Part shown: positions 53,599-62,493 of the stretch, one piece after another
Layout of the letters: each line of letters begins with the position of its first letter
How positions within the stretch are numbered: the first letter of the stretch is position 1
DNA from: an uncultured Candidatus Saccharibacteria bacterium
GTDB lineage: Bacteria; Patescibacteriota; Minisyncoccia; Phycocordibacterales; UBA918
Assembly: GCA_964643955.1 (NCBI GenBank)
Contig: CAZXUO010000003.1
Coordinates: forward strand, 19,865-83,864
DNA length: 64,000 bases
Direction: 5' to 3'
Notes under the pieces: generated by a model
What the model saw: the letters and a program-made list of their open reading frames with translations, nothing else
Told to the model about the DNA's origin: nothing
Databases searched by the model: none
Made by a program: the position numbers and the translations under genes

Positions 53599-54726
53599 AT
53601 GATGCGAGCACTATTTTCGTTAAGCCTTCTCTTAGGAGCCGCTTTTTCTTTTGCGGCCCCGTTTACCTATGCGCAGGAGCTCCATAATGAGGACCGCGGT
53701 ACGTATCGGGCGGTAGTGCATGAGATCATCGCGCAAGAGATGCGCGAGATTCCCGGTACCGAAGCAACGCACCTCTATCAGACCATCCGTGTAGAAATAC
53801 TCGAGGGCCCGATGGAAGGAAAGGAGGTCATTATTGAGAATGATTATCTCGAACTTTCAGAAGGAGATCGATTTTATCTCAGTCATACGGTGTTGATCGA
53901 CGGTTCGGAGCTGTATGGTGTCATCGGTATCGACCGCACAGTGGCGCTCTATTGGCTTGTCGGACTTTTTGTGGTGGTCGTGATTATGTTTGGTGGCTGG
54001 CAGGGTGTTCGCTCGCTGCTTGCGCTCGCCGGAAGCTTCGCAGCAATCATTTATATATTGATGCCCGGATTGCTCGGTGGATGGCCGCCGCTCGCGGTGA
54101 GTTTTCTCGTTGCCGCTGCAGTACTTTCAGTCGCGATCTTTTTTACGCACGGCTTCAATCGTGAATCAGTCGTTGCGTTTTCAGGTACGATGTTCGCCGT
54201 GCTTGCGACCGGTCTCTTTGCTGTTTTTGCAGTGTCACTCACGAGTCTCTCGGGGTTTGCTGCTGAAGAATCGGTTTATCTCAATTTTAATACAAAAGGC
54301 ACGCTCGACTTTCAAGGCCTTTTGCTTGGCGCGATCATCATTGGTGTGCTCGGAATTCTCGATGATATCGCGGTGACACAAGCGGCAGTGGTCGGAGAGC
54401 TCTATGCAGCAAAGCCTACTATGAGCCGCTTTGAGGCATACAAGCGTGCAATCCGTGTGGGGCGTGAGCACGTGAGTGCGCTCGTCAATACACTCGTGCT
54501 TGCATACACCGGTGCATCGCTTCCGCTCCTTCTTCTTTTTTATCTTTCTCCCGCTGATCCGTCTTCGACCATCAATATGGAAATATTTGCGACCGAGATC
54601 GTGCGTACGATTATAGGCTCTATCGGCCTTATCCTTACGGTGCCGGTTGTGACGGGGCTTGCCGCGTATTTCCTCCATGGTCATGTCCGAAAGGAAGGGA
54701 AGCATCTTCATACGCACGCGCATTGA
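53599..54726 (+). CDS. YibE/F-family membrane protein
   Basis: Signal peptide, extracytoplasmic N-domain, ~7 TM. Immediately downstream of zur (10-nt spacer). Confidence 0.6.
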   Translation: MMRALFSLSLLLGAAFSFAAPFTYAQELHNEDRGTYRAVVHEIIAQEMREIPGTEATHLYQTIRVEILEGPMEGKEVIIENDYLELSEGDRFYLSHTVLIDGSELYGVIGIDRTVALYWLVGLFVVVVIMFGGWQGVRSLLALAGSFAAIIYILMPGLLGGWPPLAVSFLVAAAVLSVAIFFTHGFNRESVVAFSGTMFAVLATGLFAVFAVSLTSLSGFAAEESVYLNFNTKGTLDFQGLLLGAIIIGVLGILDDIAVTQAAVVGELYAAKPTMSRFEAYKRAIRVGREHVSALVNTLVLAYTGASLPLLLLFYLSPADPSSTINMEIFATEIVRTIIGSIGLILTVPVVTGLAAYFLHGHVRKEGKHLHTHAH

Positions 54727-54777
54727 CGCGAAGAGACGGGTAGTGTCTAATGGCAGTCTTGTTCTTGTGGGGAGGTA

Positions 54778-55131
54778 GTGATGACGCAATCGATTCTGAG
54801 GATTCCGCCGCAGTCCGAAGTGCTGCTGCGTCGACCGCGGTTTCGGGTAGTGCGCTTCTTCGAGCTGCTCTTCACTCAGAATGTGCTCCATGTGTTGGAG
54901 CACGAGTTGGGTGTTCGGCCAGGGTCTTTCCAAGAACTCAAGTTTGCAGAGGAGCGGGATGACCGGCCCTCTGACTTCCCTGATATCATCATCGTCGCGC
55001 TCGGAGGGACCTATACGAAGAGTGGTCGCACGTACGTTCCGGTATGGAGGCCGGCAAGTGGTGCGCCAATCGAGTTCGTGCGCGACTATGGCGCTGCGTG
55101 GCCGGCGGACACTCGCTTCATTCTTCGGTAA
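54778..55131 (+). CDS. Hypothetical protein
   Basis: 117-aa ORF followed by a strong hairpin terminator. The large overlapping minus-strand ORF is Arg-rich antisense junk. Confidence 0.35.
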   Translation: MMTQSILRIPPQSEVLLRRPRFRVVRFFELLFTQNVLHVLEHELGVRPGSFQELKFAEERDDRPSDFPDIIIVALGGTYTKSGRTYVPVWRPASGAPIEFVRDYGAAWPADTRFILR

Positions 55132-55157
55132 GCCGCACTTTGCGGCGAGAGTTGGTT

Positions 55158-55190
55158 GGCCCGCGCGCTTGCGCGCGGGCCTTTTTCTAT
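55158..55190 (+). terminator. Rho-independent terminator
   Basis: ggcccgcgcgc-ttg-cgcgcgggcc followed by TTTTTCTAT. Confidence 0.7.
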
Positions 55191-55228
55191 GCTCGCGCAC
55201 CAAGATACGAGTGTTATACTAGCCCTAT

Positions 55229-55603
55229 ATGTCACATGGAAAAATCGTGATGCTCGGCATCGCATTCGTCGTCATTATCTTTGTTGGGTTTGGGATTTGG
55301 AATCGTACAACTCCCGGGAAATACGATACGTTTGCACAGTGCATCAGTGATGCAGGCGCGACCTTTTACGGCGCGTTTTGGTGTCCTCACTGCCAGGATC
55401 AGAAGTCGATGTTCGGACGTTCTGCTGAAAAACTTCCGTACAAAGAATGTTCGACACCAAATGGTCAAGATCAAGTTGCAGAATGTGATGAGGCTGGTGT
55501 AACTGGTTATCCAACATGGTTCTTCTCAAACGGTGAGAAGCTCGAAGGAATTCAAGAGTTCTCAACGCTTTCTGAAAAGACTGGTTGTGCGCTTCCTGTA
55601 TGA
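55229..55603 (+). CDS. Membrane-anchored thioredoxin-fold oxidoreductase (DsbA/BdbD-like, CPHC)
   Basis: TM then 'GAFWCPHCQDQ'. TGTTATACT lies 9 nt before the ATG. The stop overlaps the dsbB start. Confidence 0.65.
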   Translation: MSHGKIVMLGIAFVVIIFVGFGIWNRTTPGKYDTFAQCISDAGATFYGAFWCPHCQDQKSMFGRSAEKLPYKECSTPNGQDQVAECDEAGVTGYPTWFFSNGEKLEGIQEFSTLSEKTGCALPV

Positions 55604-56148
55604 TCCCACTCGAGACACTGAACTATTGGCTTGCGCTGGGAGCAATCGTACTCCAGCTCGTGACGCTCTATATCCTTGTCGAACATTTCTTTCTTAAAGA
55701 AAAGTACGTAACACCGTACCTTCATCGATTTGGATTGCATATCGTTTTTCTCGTGAGTGCCGCTGCAGCGCTGCTCACCCTCGTGTATTCGGAAGTCTTC
55801 GGTTTTATTCCTTGTGGACTTTGTTGGATGGAGCGCGTGTTCCTGTATCCTATTGCGATCATCTCGCTTGTTGCGCTCTACAAGCTGCGTCACGGCGCAC
55901 GTGATACTGCTGTTGCAGATTACGGCATAGCGCTTTCGGGTATCGGTGCAGTCATTGCGACATACCACCATTACCTCCAGATGGGTGGCAGTGCACTCAT
56001 CGCGTGTCCGACTGCAGGCGAAGGTGTTGATTGTGCAAAACGTGTCATCTTCGAATTTGGCTATGTGACGTTTCCGCTCATGGCTGCGATTGTCTTTGCG
56101 TTCATCATTATGACGCTCCTCGTGTATCGTACGGGTTCGCGTACCTAA
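55600..56148 (+). CDS. dsbB: Disulfide bond formation protein B (DsbB/BdbC family)
   Basis: Four TM helices. First-loop 'PCGLCWMERVFLYP' Cys pair and second-loop Cys pair 'ACPTAGEGVDC'. Confidence 0.7.
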   Translation: MIPLETLNYWLALGAIVLQLVTLYILVEHFFLKEKYVTPYLHRFGLHIVFLVSAAAALLTLVYSEVFGFIPCGLCWMERVFLYPIAIISLVALYKLRHGARDTAVADYGIALSGIGAVIATYHHYLQMGGSALIACPTAGEGVDCAKRVIFEFGYVTFPLMAAIVFAFIIMTLLVYRTGSRT

Positions 56149-56153
56149 CACTC

Positions 56154-56873
56154 ATGCGCACACTTGTTTTTGACATCGAGACGATTGGTGAAGAATGGGA
56201 TACGCTCGATGAGACAACGCAGCACGTGCTCACGCGCTGGATTGATCGCAACATAAAAAGCGAAGAGGAACGGGCTGCGGAACTTACTGACCTGAAAGAG
56301 GGACTCGGTTTTTCTCCACTTACCGGCTCTATCGTCGCGATTGGTTTGCATGACCTCGAGCAGGGGAAGAATGTCGTGTACTACCAAGCGCCCGGCGCGT
56401 CGGGTGAGATTGTCGATGGATCGACGACACTCAAAGTACGAAGTGAGCGTGATATGCTCGCAGACTTTTGGGCTGGCGCAAAAGCGTATGATACATTCGT
56501 GACATTTAATGGTCGGGGTTTTGATGTGCCGTTTCTTTTGCTTCGCTCGGCGATCTTGGGCGTCGCACCGACTCGTGATCTGATGGATGGTCGGTATCTT
56601 TATCAGCAGAAGGGCGCAAAGCATGTTGATCTTGCGGACCAGCTCTCTTTTTATGGTGCGGTCTTTCGCAAAGCGTCGCTCCATCTGTACTGCCGCGCAT
56701 TTGGCATCGAGAGCCCAAAAGCTGCGGGCGTGACCGGAGATGATGTTTCCGCACTTTTTCGAGAAGGGAAGTATGAGGATATTGCACGCTATAACGTACG
56801 AGACATTATTGCGACTGCCGAACTATACGAGCGGTGGCGTACGTACCTCGCGCCGTCGGCATTTCGGCCGTAG
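56154..56873 (+). CDS. RNase-H-like 3'-5' exonuclease-domain protein (YprB/PolB-exo-like)
   Basis: 'LVFDIETIG' Exo-I motif and later 'FNGRGFDVPFL'. Start at the ATG after the dsbB stop. Confidence 0.55.
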   Translation: MRTLVFDIETIGEEWDTLDETTQHVLTRWIDRNIKSEEERAAELTDLKEGLGFSPLTGSIVAIGLHDLEQGKNVVYYQAPGASGEIVDGSTTLKVRSERDMLADFWAGAKAYDTFVTFNGRGFDVPFLLLRSAILGVAPTRDLMDGRYLYQQKGAKHVDLADQLSFYGAVFRKASLHLYCRAFGIESPKAAGVTGDDVSALFREGKYEDIARYNVRDIIATAELYERWRTYLAPSAFRP

Positions 56874-56894
56874 CTCGTCTGGTATACTTTTCTC

Positions 56895-58130
56895 ATGTCA
56901 GAACCGAAAGAATTAACCTTCCCCGAAGGATTTTACTGGGGTGCGGCGTCCGCGTCGTACCAAGTTGAAGGTGGTATCGAAGATGTCGACTGGGCGCAAG
57001 CTGCACGCGAAGGAAAAGTGCCGCCGTGTGGACGTGCATGTGATCACTACAATCGCTTTGAAGAAGATTTTGACCTTGCAAAAGAGATCGGACACAACTG
57101 CCACCGTATTTCAATCGAGTGGGCGCGTATCGAACCTGAAGAAGGAAAATTTAATGAAGCGGAGATTGAACACTATCGTAAAGTGCTTGCAGCACTCCGT
57201 GCGCGCAGATTGAAGCCGTTTATTACGCTCTGGCACTTCACGCTCCCGCAGTGGTTTGCGGATAAAGGTGGTTTCCTCCATCCGGACGCGCCAGAGATTT
57301 TTGCGCGCTATTGTGGGTATGTGGCGAAGAAGCTTGGTAATGATTGTCGGCATTTCTCGACCATCAATGAACCAACAGTGTATGCCTCGCTCGGATGGCT
57401 CGCGGGAGTGTGGCCGCCGTTCCGACGATGGACAGGATTTAGTATCTTTAAACGCACACATCATCGCCAAGCGGTCCCCGGACAGAAACTTTCGTTTTGG
57501 CATATCTTCCAGTATCGAAAGGTTGTACGTCAGCTTGTACGTGCACACAATCTCGCATACGACGCGATCAAGCGTTCTGCCTTTGGTGCGGAAGTGGGCA
57601 TTGTGCATCACGTCGTGCTTTTCCATGCAAATGGCAATCCGATCAACAAGCTTCGAGCAGTGGTGATGAATCGGCTTTCAACACACAGCTTGATCAGACA
57701 GGTCTACAAGAAGTGTGATTCGATCGGCGTCAATTATTATCAGCACAAAAAATTCGGTGATCGTGCGACGTATCAGAAGACCGATATGGGCTGGGATGTG
57801 TATCCTGAAGGGCTTTGTAATGCACTCCTCATGCTTCGTCGGTACAAGAAGCCGCTCTGGGTTTCAGAAGCTGGTATTGCCGATGAAAAAGATACGATGC
57901 GTGCTGACTACATTACGCGGCTCATTCGCTGCATGCATGTCGCAATCCAAAAGGGAGCCGACGTGCGCGGATACATGTATTGGTCGCTTCTTGATAACTA
58001 TGAGTGGGCGCAAGGTTTTGAAAAACGCTTCGGACTGATTACCATCAATTACGAGACGCTCGAGCGTACAGTTCGTCCGTCTGCGTACGTGTATAAAGAG
58101 ATCATTCTGCGGAACGCAGTGCTAAAATAA
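56895..58130 (+). CDS. Glycoside hydrolase family 1 (beta-glucosidase/galactosidase)
   Basis: 'FPEGFYWGAASASYQVEGG' N-terminal signature; 'TINEP' acid/base and 'VSEAGIA' nucleophile regions. TGGTATACT lies 7 nt before the ATG. Confidence 0.85.
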   Translation: MSEPKELTFPEGFYWGAASASYQVEGGIEDVDWAQAAREGKVPPCGRACDHYNRFEEDFDLAKEIGHNCHRISIEWARIEPEEGKFNEAEIEHYRKVLAALRARRLKPFITLWHFTLPQWFADKGGFLHPDAPEIFARYCGYVAKKLGNDCRHFSTINEPTVYASLGWLAGVWPPFRRWTGFSIFKRTHHRQAVPGQKLSFWHIFQYRKVVRQLVRAHNLAYDAIKRSAFGAEVGIVHHVVLFHANGNPINKLRAVVMNRLSTHSLIRQVYKKCDSIGVNYYQHKKFGDRATYQKTDMGWDVYPEGLCNALLMLRRYKKPLWVSEAGIADEKDTMRADYITRLIRCMHVAIQKGADVRGYMYWSLLDNYEWAQGFEKRFGLITINYETLERTVRPSAYVYKEIILRNAVLK

Positions 58131-58134
58131 GTAC

Positions 58135-59073
58135 ATGGCAGTTTGGATCATACTTGCAGTCGCCGCGCAGATCATGCACGCGATTGTCGCACTTCTCGAT
58201 AAGTACATCGTGACGTCAAAAAACGTGCTCCCGCAGCCGTTTGTGTACGCATTCTATATGTGCGTGCTTTCTGCAGCGTCAATCGGCGTCTATGCGTTTA
58301 CGTGGGTACCGGTGCCGCTTGAAGGTGTCGCATTTCCAAGTCTTGCAAATGTCGGCTTTCCTTCGCTCACGGTCGTCGCGCTCTCAATGCTTGCTGCATA
58401 CACATTTTTCTATGCGCTCGTCTCGATGTTTACAGCGCTCCAAGAAGCCGATGCGTCAGACGTCGTACCAGTCGTGGGTGCCGTCTCTGCAGTGAGCTCG
58501 TACGGTCTTGCGTATCTCTTTTTGGATGCAGCACTCTCGCACAATTTTCTCTTTGGCGTACTCTTGCTCGCTGCGGGTACGGCATTTGTTTCGCGCATGC
58601 GCTTCTCATGGAAGACAGCGCTCCTCTCGGTGCATGCGGGCGTATTTTTTGCATTCCACTACGTCGTCATCAAAGGGCTTTTCAACACCACTTCGTTTGA
58701 CGACGGCTTTTTCTGGAGTCGTGTCGGCTTCGTCGTGTTTGCACTCACGCTTCTGTTGGTGCCTGCCTACGCGATCAAGATTTTTGCGCAGACACGCGCG
58801 ACCGGAAAGCGCGCCGGCGCGCTCGTCTTGGTCAACAAAGTGATTGCAGGTTTTGCGTCGATCATGGTGCTCAAAGCAACTGAGCTTGGGGATGTGTCGG
58901 TTGTACAGGCGCTCGGTGGATTACAGTACGTCTTCATTTTTATTTTTAGTTTGCTTCTTGGTCCCTACGGTCCGAATATCTGTAGTGAAGGGAAGTGCAG
59001 TACGCGAGAAATCATACACAAGGCTGTCTTTATCGCAGTCATTACGCTCGGCTTCTTTATACTTTTCAAATAA
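58135..59073 (+). CDS. Polytopic membrane protein (DMT/EamA-like; function unknown)
   Basis: Eight to ten hydrophobic helices; 4 nt after the GH1 gene. Confidence 0.45.
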   Translation: MAVWIILAVAAQIMHAIVALLDKYIVTSKNVLPQPFVYAFYMCVLSAASIGVYAFTWVPVPLEGVAFPSLANVGFPSLTVVALSMLAAYTFFYALVSMFTALQEADASDVVPVVGAVSAVSSYGLAYLFLDAALSHNFLFGVLLLAAGTAFVSRMRFSWKTALLSVHAGVFFAFHYVVIKGLFNTTSFDDGFFWSRVGFVVFALTLLLVPAYAIKIFAQTRATGKRAGALVLVNKVIAGFASIMVLKATELGDVSVVQALGGLQYVFIFIFSLLLGPYGPNICSEGKCSTREIIHKAVFIAVITLGFFILFK

Positions 59074-60084
59074 ATGATACGGCGACACTGGAAAGCAATT
59101 ATTCTATGGATACTCGGAGTGCTCGCCGTGTGTGCACTCGCGGTGCTTTTCCTCTTGCAAAAAGAGGTGCCTGAGACGATTACCTACGGCATGTCATTTA
59201 ATACGCCATACGTCGAGGAGCTCGGTCTCAACATGGAAGAGACGTACACGGCAATTCTCTCAGATCTCGGCGTACGACACCTCAGGCTTGCAGCGCATTG
59301 GACTATGATTGAGGAAAATCGAGATGCGTATGATTTTGCTGCCCTTGATTATCAAATCGAGCAGGCAAAAGTGTACGGAGCTGACGTCATTCTCGGCGTA
59401 GGGCGTCGGCTTCCGCGATGGCCAGAATGCCATGTGCCAGGATGGGCGCGCGAGCTCTCGTGGGATGAGCAGAAGGAAGAAATTCGTGCGTACATCACCG
59501 CGGTTGTTGAGCGATACAAAGACGAACCGCACATCATTTACTGGCAGGTTGAAAATGAACCGTATCTTGAAGTGTTTGCGAATGAACATTGCGGAGATCT
59601 CGATGAGAATTTCTTGCGTGAGGAAATCGAGCTCGTGCGCTCACTCGATGGCTCGCGGCCAATACTCGTGACCGATAGCGGTAACCTCGGTACGTGGCGT
59701 GGCGCGTATTCTCTCGGTGATGTGTTCGGTACGAGCGTGTACGTGTATTTTTGGAATCACCACCTCGGACAGTTTCGGACTATTCTTCCGCCAGCATTTT
59801 ATCGGGTGAAAGAAAATCTCGTTTCACTTTTCTATGGAGAGAAACCGACAATCTTGATTGAACTTTCAGCTGAGCCATGGCTCCTTGAACCGGTGGTTGA
59901 TGTGCCGATCGAGACGCAGTTCACGCGTATGGATCCTGAAAAATTTGATTCTATTATTGAGTATGCAAAAGAGACGCGGTACGCACGGCAGTATCTGTGG
60001 GGCGTTGAGTGGTGGTATTGGTTGAAGAAAAACAATCATCCAGAAATGTGGGAGAAGGGAAAGGAGTTGTTTGAGAAGAAATAA
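59074..60084 (+). CDS. Membrane-anchored TIM-barrel glycoside hydrolase (GH5/cellulase-superfamily-like)
   Basis: TM, then 'WQVENEP' acid/base region and a downstream Glu nucleophile region. Start overlaps the previous stop (TAAATGA). Confidence 0.55.
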   Translation: MIRRHWKAIILWILGVLAVCALAVLFLLQKEVPETITYGMSFNTPYVEELGLNMEETYTAILSDLGVRHLRLAAHWTMIEENRDAYDFAALDYQIEQAKVYGADVILGVGRRLPRWPECHVPGWARELSWDEQKEEIRAYITAVVERYKDEPHIIYWQVENEPYLEVFANEHCGDLDENFLREEIELVRSLDGSRPILVTDSGNLGTWRGAYSLGDVFGTSVYVYFWNHHLGQFRTILPPAFYRVKENLVSLFYGEKPTILIELSAEPWLLEPVVDVPIETQFTRMDPEKFDSIIEYAKETRYARQYLWGVEWWYWLKKNNHPEMWEKGKELFEKK

Positions 60085-60086
60085 AA

Positions 60087-60117
60087 AACCGCCGGCACGC
60101 AAGCGTGCCGGCGTCAG
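60087..60117. terminator. Bidirectional hairpin terminator between convergent genes
   Basis: aaaaaac-cgccggcacg-caag-cgtgccggcg. Confidence 0.65.
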
Positions 60118-60633
60118 TCACCGAAGCGGAACATTACGGAATGGTCCGCGGTCTCCGATTTGTCCGCGGCCGATCTCCTTGATACGGATTTGTGATCCGT
60201 CATCGGCGAGACCGAAGAAACGGACCGGGTCCTTACCGAGGAGGACGCGAACGGGGCCGTCGAGCGGAATCTGCGAGATCCCGGCGCAGCCATCGGATGC
60301 AATCCATCCGATGTACCAGGTCTCCCGTCGCAACTTCGCGTGTGGCTCGAGCACGACGTAGTCGCGCCACCCACCGAAGATCGGCATGTGGAAGATCGGG
60401 ATGATCCTCCAGTTGAATCGTGCGGCTGCTGTCGGAATGCCTTCGTAGTAGAGCATGCCGACCTCGCGAAGGAAGGACGCCTCACCCGCGAGCAACTTCT
60501 GGTTGTTCCAGAAGTGGGTCCGCTGCGGCGCTGGCTCAAACATGTAGAGGACATACATGATCGGCCATATGAGTGTATCCGCGATTTTCGCCCCTCGTCC
60601 GAGAGGCTGAATCACGAGCCGATTTTTGGCCAT
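60118..60633 (-). CDS. Hypothetical protein in a GC-elevated (~58–60%) segment
   Basis: 171-aa ORF with codon usage rich in CCG/GCG/CGC, unlike its neighbours. No motif recognised. Confidence 0.4.
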   Translation of the reverse strand: MAKNRLVIQPLGRGAKIADTLIWPIMYVLYMFEPAPQRTHFWNNQKLLAGEASFLREVGMLYYEGIPTAAARFNWRIIPIFHMPIFGGWRDYVVLEPHAKLRRETWYIGWIASDGCAGISQIPLDGPVRVLLGKDPVRFFGLADDGSQIRIKEIGRGQIGDRGPFRNVPLR

Positions 60634-60766
60634 CGTCTCCTCCCGTTGAGGGTGTAGAGTCTATACTTATTATAGCATATTTATTTATAAAAGTCAATTG
60701 AGTGGTGTATTCATTTTTCTACATACTTCCGATAAAAAGCGCTGTAAAAAGGTATACTGAAACAAT

Positions 60767-61882
60767 ATGAAAAAGCTTCTTACGGTGAGCGCTGTAATCG
60801 CACTCATTCTTATCGTCTCTGTGCCGTTTACTATTGCTGCGTCTCCTGTCTTGCGAAGTGGTGAAGCAATCTCTATCACCGAATCACAAGAAGTGCTCGG
60901 AGATTTTTATGCTGCAGGTGGTACGGTCTCGATGTCAGGCGCTGTTGCGGGTGATCTCTATGCTGCAGGTGGTACTGTCGCGCTCGATGGCGAAGTTGCA
61001 GAAGATGTCGTCGTCTTTGGTGGTTCGGTACAGATTGCAGGCGCAGTGGGAGATGATGTGCGTGTCATAGGAGGCGAAGTGACGATTTCAGGAGAAGTTG
61101 AGGGAGACGTGCTCGTACTCGGTGGTATCGTCCGCATTCTTGAAACATCGCAGATACGTGGCGATGTACTTTTTCTTGGTGGAGAAGTGAGTATCGAGGG
61201 TACGGTGAATGGCTCGGTCACGGGTCGTGCTGAGGGTATTCGCATTGATGGTCCGGTGATGGGGGACGTGTCTATTACGAGTGCTCGCCCGCTCGAGCTT
61301 GGCGACCGTGCAAATATCGACGGCGATGTTGAGTATCGTAGTCTACAGGACGTCGTGCGCGCCCCCGGCTCGGTGGTTGCAGGTGACGTGACAAAGAAAG
61401 AGACGTCGGCAGCGATGGAGGCGTCTTCGTTTAGTATGCTTTCGCTCCTCATTCTTTTTTTCACGTCGCTCGTGTACCTCTTTTTGTTCAAGAAAAAGCT
61501 CGATCCATTTATGCGCGAGACGATGCACTCATTTGGCAAGCGTGGAGCTATTGGCCTCGCGACGATCGTCGCCGTACCGGTAGCAGTCGTGATCTTGATG
61601 ATTACCGTGATTGGTATGCCGATCGGTATCGCGCTCGCATCTGCGCTCACATTTCTCTCGGTCATCGCATGGTCGCTCGGCGGTATCTTTCTCGGTGTGG
61701 TCCTTGCGCGTCTGGTAGAAGGGCAGGCAACACTTACACTCAAGTGGACACTCGTCGGCACCCTCGTATTTGGACTGTTTTCGTACATACCATTTATCGG
61801 TGGACTTCTTATTGCCGTGGTGGTGCTGATCGTTTTGGGAAGCATGGTACGTACCATCTACATCCGTATTCGACGCGCATAG
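60767..61882 (+). CDS. Bactofilin-like (polymer-forming cytoskeletal repeat) protein with C-terminal four-TM domain
   Basis: Signal peptide, then ~200 aa of 'GDxxAAGGTVxxxGxVxGDV' beta-helix repeats, then four TM helices. Confidence 0.5.
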   Translation: MKKLLTVSAVIALILIVSVPFTIAASPVLRSGEAISITESQEVLGDFYAAGGTVSMSGAVAGDLYAAGGTVALDGEVAEDVVVFGGSVQIAGAVGDDVRVIGGEVTISGEVEGDVLVLGGIVRILETSQIRGDVLFLGGEVSIEGTVNGSVTGRAEGIRIDGPVMGDVSITSARPLELGDRANIDGDVEYRSLQDVVRAPGSVVAGDVTKKETSAAMEASSFSMLSLLILFFTSLVYLFLFKKKLDPFMRETMHSFGKRGAIGLATIVAVPVAVVILMITVIGMPIGIALASALTFLSVIAWSLGGIFLGVVLARLVEGQATLTLKWTLVGTLVFGLFSYIPFIGGLLIAVVVLIVLGSMVRTIYIRIRRA

Positions 61883-61903
61883 GGGTTGTGCTAAAATCTT
61901 CGC

Positions 61904-62485
61904 ATGGCTAAAAACACGAAGAAGAAAAAAGTTGCGAAGAAGGTTACAAAAAAGGCGGTAAAGAAAACAGCAAAAAAGGCGGCGTCGAAGAAAAAGAGCG
62001 CCCCAAAAGCTCCTAAACAAAAGGTGGTCATGGGGATGATGGCGCCTGACTTCACGCTTCCAGGAAGCGACGGCAAGGATCATACACTTTCTGCGCAGAA
62101 CGCATGGACGTTGATATATTTTTATCCAAAGGACAATACGCCGGGCTGTACGGTTGAGGCGGAAGTATTTCGTGATACGCACGCGGATTTCAAGAAGCGC
62201 AAGATCGCTGTGTGGGGTATCAGTACTGATTCGATGCCAAGCCATATCAAGTTCCGCGACAAGTTTAATTTGCCGTTCGTACTCCTTTCGGATGTCGACA
62301 AAAAAGTCGTGCGCGCCTATGGTGTGTGGGGAAAGAAGAAGTTTATGGGACGTGAGTACCTCGGTACATTTAGACACTCATTTCTCGTGCGTCCCGACGG
62401 CGCCGTATTCCGTACATATACCGACGTAAAGCCTGCACTCCACGCACGTGAAGTGCTTGCTGATTTTGACGCACAAGCTAAATAG
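61904..62485 (+). CDS. bcp: Thiol peroxidase Bcp/PrxQ, as annotated carrying a 40-aa Lys/Ala-rich histone-H1-like N-terminal tail (alternative start at 62030)
   Basis: 'APDFTLPGSDGKDHTL…IYFYPKDNTPGCTVEA' peroxiredoxin motif. N-terminal 'AKNTKKKKVAKKVTKKAVKKTAKKAASKKK'. An AAGGTGG Shine-Dalgarno-like string precedes the internal ATG. Confidence 0.75.
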   Translation: MAKNTKKKKVAKKVTKKAVKKTAKKAASKKKSAPKAPKQKVVMGMMAPDFTLPGSDGKDHTLSAQNAWTLIYFYPKDNTPGCTVEAEVFRDTHADFKKRKIAVWGISTDSMPSHIKFRDKFNLPFVLLSDVDKKVVRAYGVWGKKKFMGREYLGTFRHSFLVRPDGAVFRTYTDVKPALHAREVLADFDAQAK

Positions 62486-62493
62486 TATTTTCG

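Noticed and set aside
54235-55203. 322-aa minus-strand ORF
   Set aside because: Arg/His-rich antisense reading of the YibE/F 3' end and the downstream gene. Overlaps two better-supported plus-strand genes.
60958-62377. Two long minus-strand ORFs (299 and 282 aa) opposite the bactofilin-like and bcp genes
   Set aside because: Low-complexity Thr/Ser/Pro/Arg composition typical of antisense frames of the Gly/Val/Asp-rich repeat gene. No start context, and the plus-strand genes have clear motifs.
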